Assembly (NCBI GenBank): GCA_977030845.1
Contig: OZ365110.1
Coordinates: 44,392,001 to 44,456,000, forward strand
DNA from: Fimbriosthenelais zetlandica
Taxonomy: Eukaryota
DNA: 64,000 nucleotides
Reading direction: 5' to 3'
How positions within the stretch are numbered: the stretch's first letter is position 1; each line of letters opens with the position of its first letter. Both the position numbers and the translations under genes were made by a program. Shown piece by piece: positions 62,868-64,000 of the stretch. Under the pieces are notes generated by a model. It did no database searches. It saw nothing but the letters and a program-made list of their open reading frames with translations, and had not been told where the DNA came from.

Positions 62868-64000
62868 CTGGAAAAGTGGAGAAAAAAAGAGGAAAAATTA
62901 GTAAGGAAACTCAAGGCGACCTCTGGCATGTTAGGCGGAAATAGAACACGACATCTTACAGGAGGTAAAACAACGAGACGATGCCACAAAAATGAGGCGT
63001 CAAGAAAACAGAGTAATTACTCTAAAAAAAATAGTTCTTTCTCGAGACGCGTCCGACACTCTTTTTGTCTAGGTTTTTGAGGGACTTTTTGGGGGAGATG
63101 TGGAACCAAGGGAAGACTATAAGATACACACCTGAGTTAGAAATCAGCTGTTTCCAGAAGGAATACCAGCACTTAACATTTGCAAAAGGCGGAATAGGAA
63201 TTATTGATAAACTTCGTCACACCATCGATCAATTAGCAACACTACCGAGAGCAAATATTAGTATCATTTATGACGACTCAGCATGAAATCAGCCATAATT
63301 AATCTCACCATCTGGCTATTTGACCTGAAGCACTTTCATTTCATATTTAAAACTGCACATTATATTCTAGCCTATGTATTCAAGATGATATATGGGCAGG
63401 GTTTTTTTAATATTTACACTGTTTCTCTGAACCTCCAGAGGCCCCACTCACTCAGGAAGGATTTATGCCCGCCTGCCAACCCGCCTCCTATCGGGCGTCG
63501 GCAGATCCAGGTGGGCCCGTCAGCCTTGGCCTTCGAGCTATGGCCTCAGGTCGTGCCCCCATCACTGAAACGCGTGGCAAAGTCTTCCACGAGGCATCAG
63601 TTTGTCAATCTCTGCCCCTCCTCGAGAAGAAAGGTGCAGGCGGTGGGGTGAAGGTGGTGTAGTATACAGCGGTGGCAAACCCCCATGGTAGTAGAAACAC
63701 TACACCCTACCACTCTTCCATAGACAACACACAGACCACAGGGGGATAGAGTGAGCCCTCAACTTGACTGGATCGTGCTCGCTTTTCCAGCATTAACATG
63801 TCTCCAGCGAGTCTCACAGTAAAAGGACTGCTCTCTCACAGTTATAAAACATCCAGCTATTCCTTCTCACTTCCATCCAGTACGCAACTCCATTATACAA
63901 AGCCTCTCCCACAGGAAACCAACATCATTACCCTCCCCTCCCCTCCCTCCTCCCCCACCCACCTTCCATCTCTCCCTACTCCTGGGGTTGCCTTTGTGTT

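Noticed and set aside
1-64000. CRISPR arrays, rRNA, tRNA genes or prokaryotic operons
   Set aside because: None seen. The DNA is spliced eukaryotic sequence; the only GGTTCGA (near 9296) is part of a palindrome, not a cloverleaf.

Overview
Eukaryotic, intron-rich, AT-rich animal DNA. The gene style and the abundant TAGGCCTA palindromes suggest an invertebrate deuterostome such as an echinoderm, but that is inference only. I rebuilt three spliced protein-coding genes by hand, with GT-AG junctions and reading frames checked. (1) A 5-exon minus-strand gene (9574-11075, 235 aa) for a bacterial-like predicted HD-superfamily phosphohydrolase (COG4339-type motifs). (2) Head-to-head with it, an 8-exon plus-strand METTL4 (MT-A70 family N6-adenine methyltransferase, DPPW motif; 13411-24099, 506 aa). 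(3) The 3' 15 exons of a minus-strand polypyrimidine tract-binding protein gene (PTBP/hephaestus-like; 34767-62867), whose 5' end lies beyond the window. The PTBP locus holds the strongest regulatory signal: a 34-nt exon whose skipping creates a premature stop, preceded by a 177-nt AG-free zone with a distant branch-point candidate; a 21-nt microexon; a symmetric exon with two in-frame donors; and 8mer miR-124 and miR-9 sites in a probably long 3' UTR. Mobile DNA includes a young 5'-truncated CR1/L2-group LINE, two PIF/Harbinger-like MITEs with clear TIRs and TSDs, and several decayed retroelement relics. Left unexplained: a GC-rich multi-hairpin element near 25.1-25.35 kb and a possible spliced non-coding transcript starting near 7.7 kb. 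All gene and family names come from recognising motifs from memory; no database search was run.
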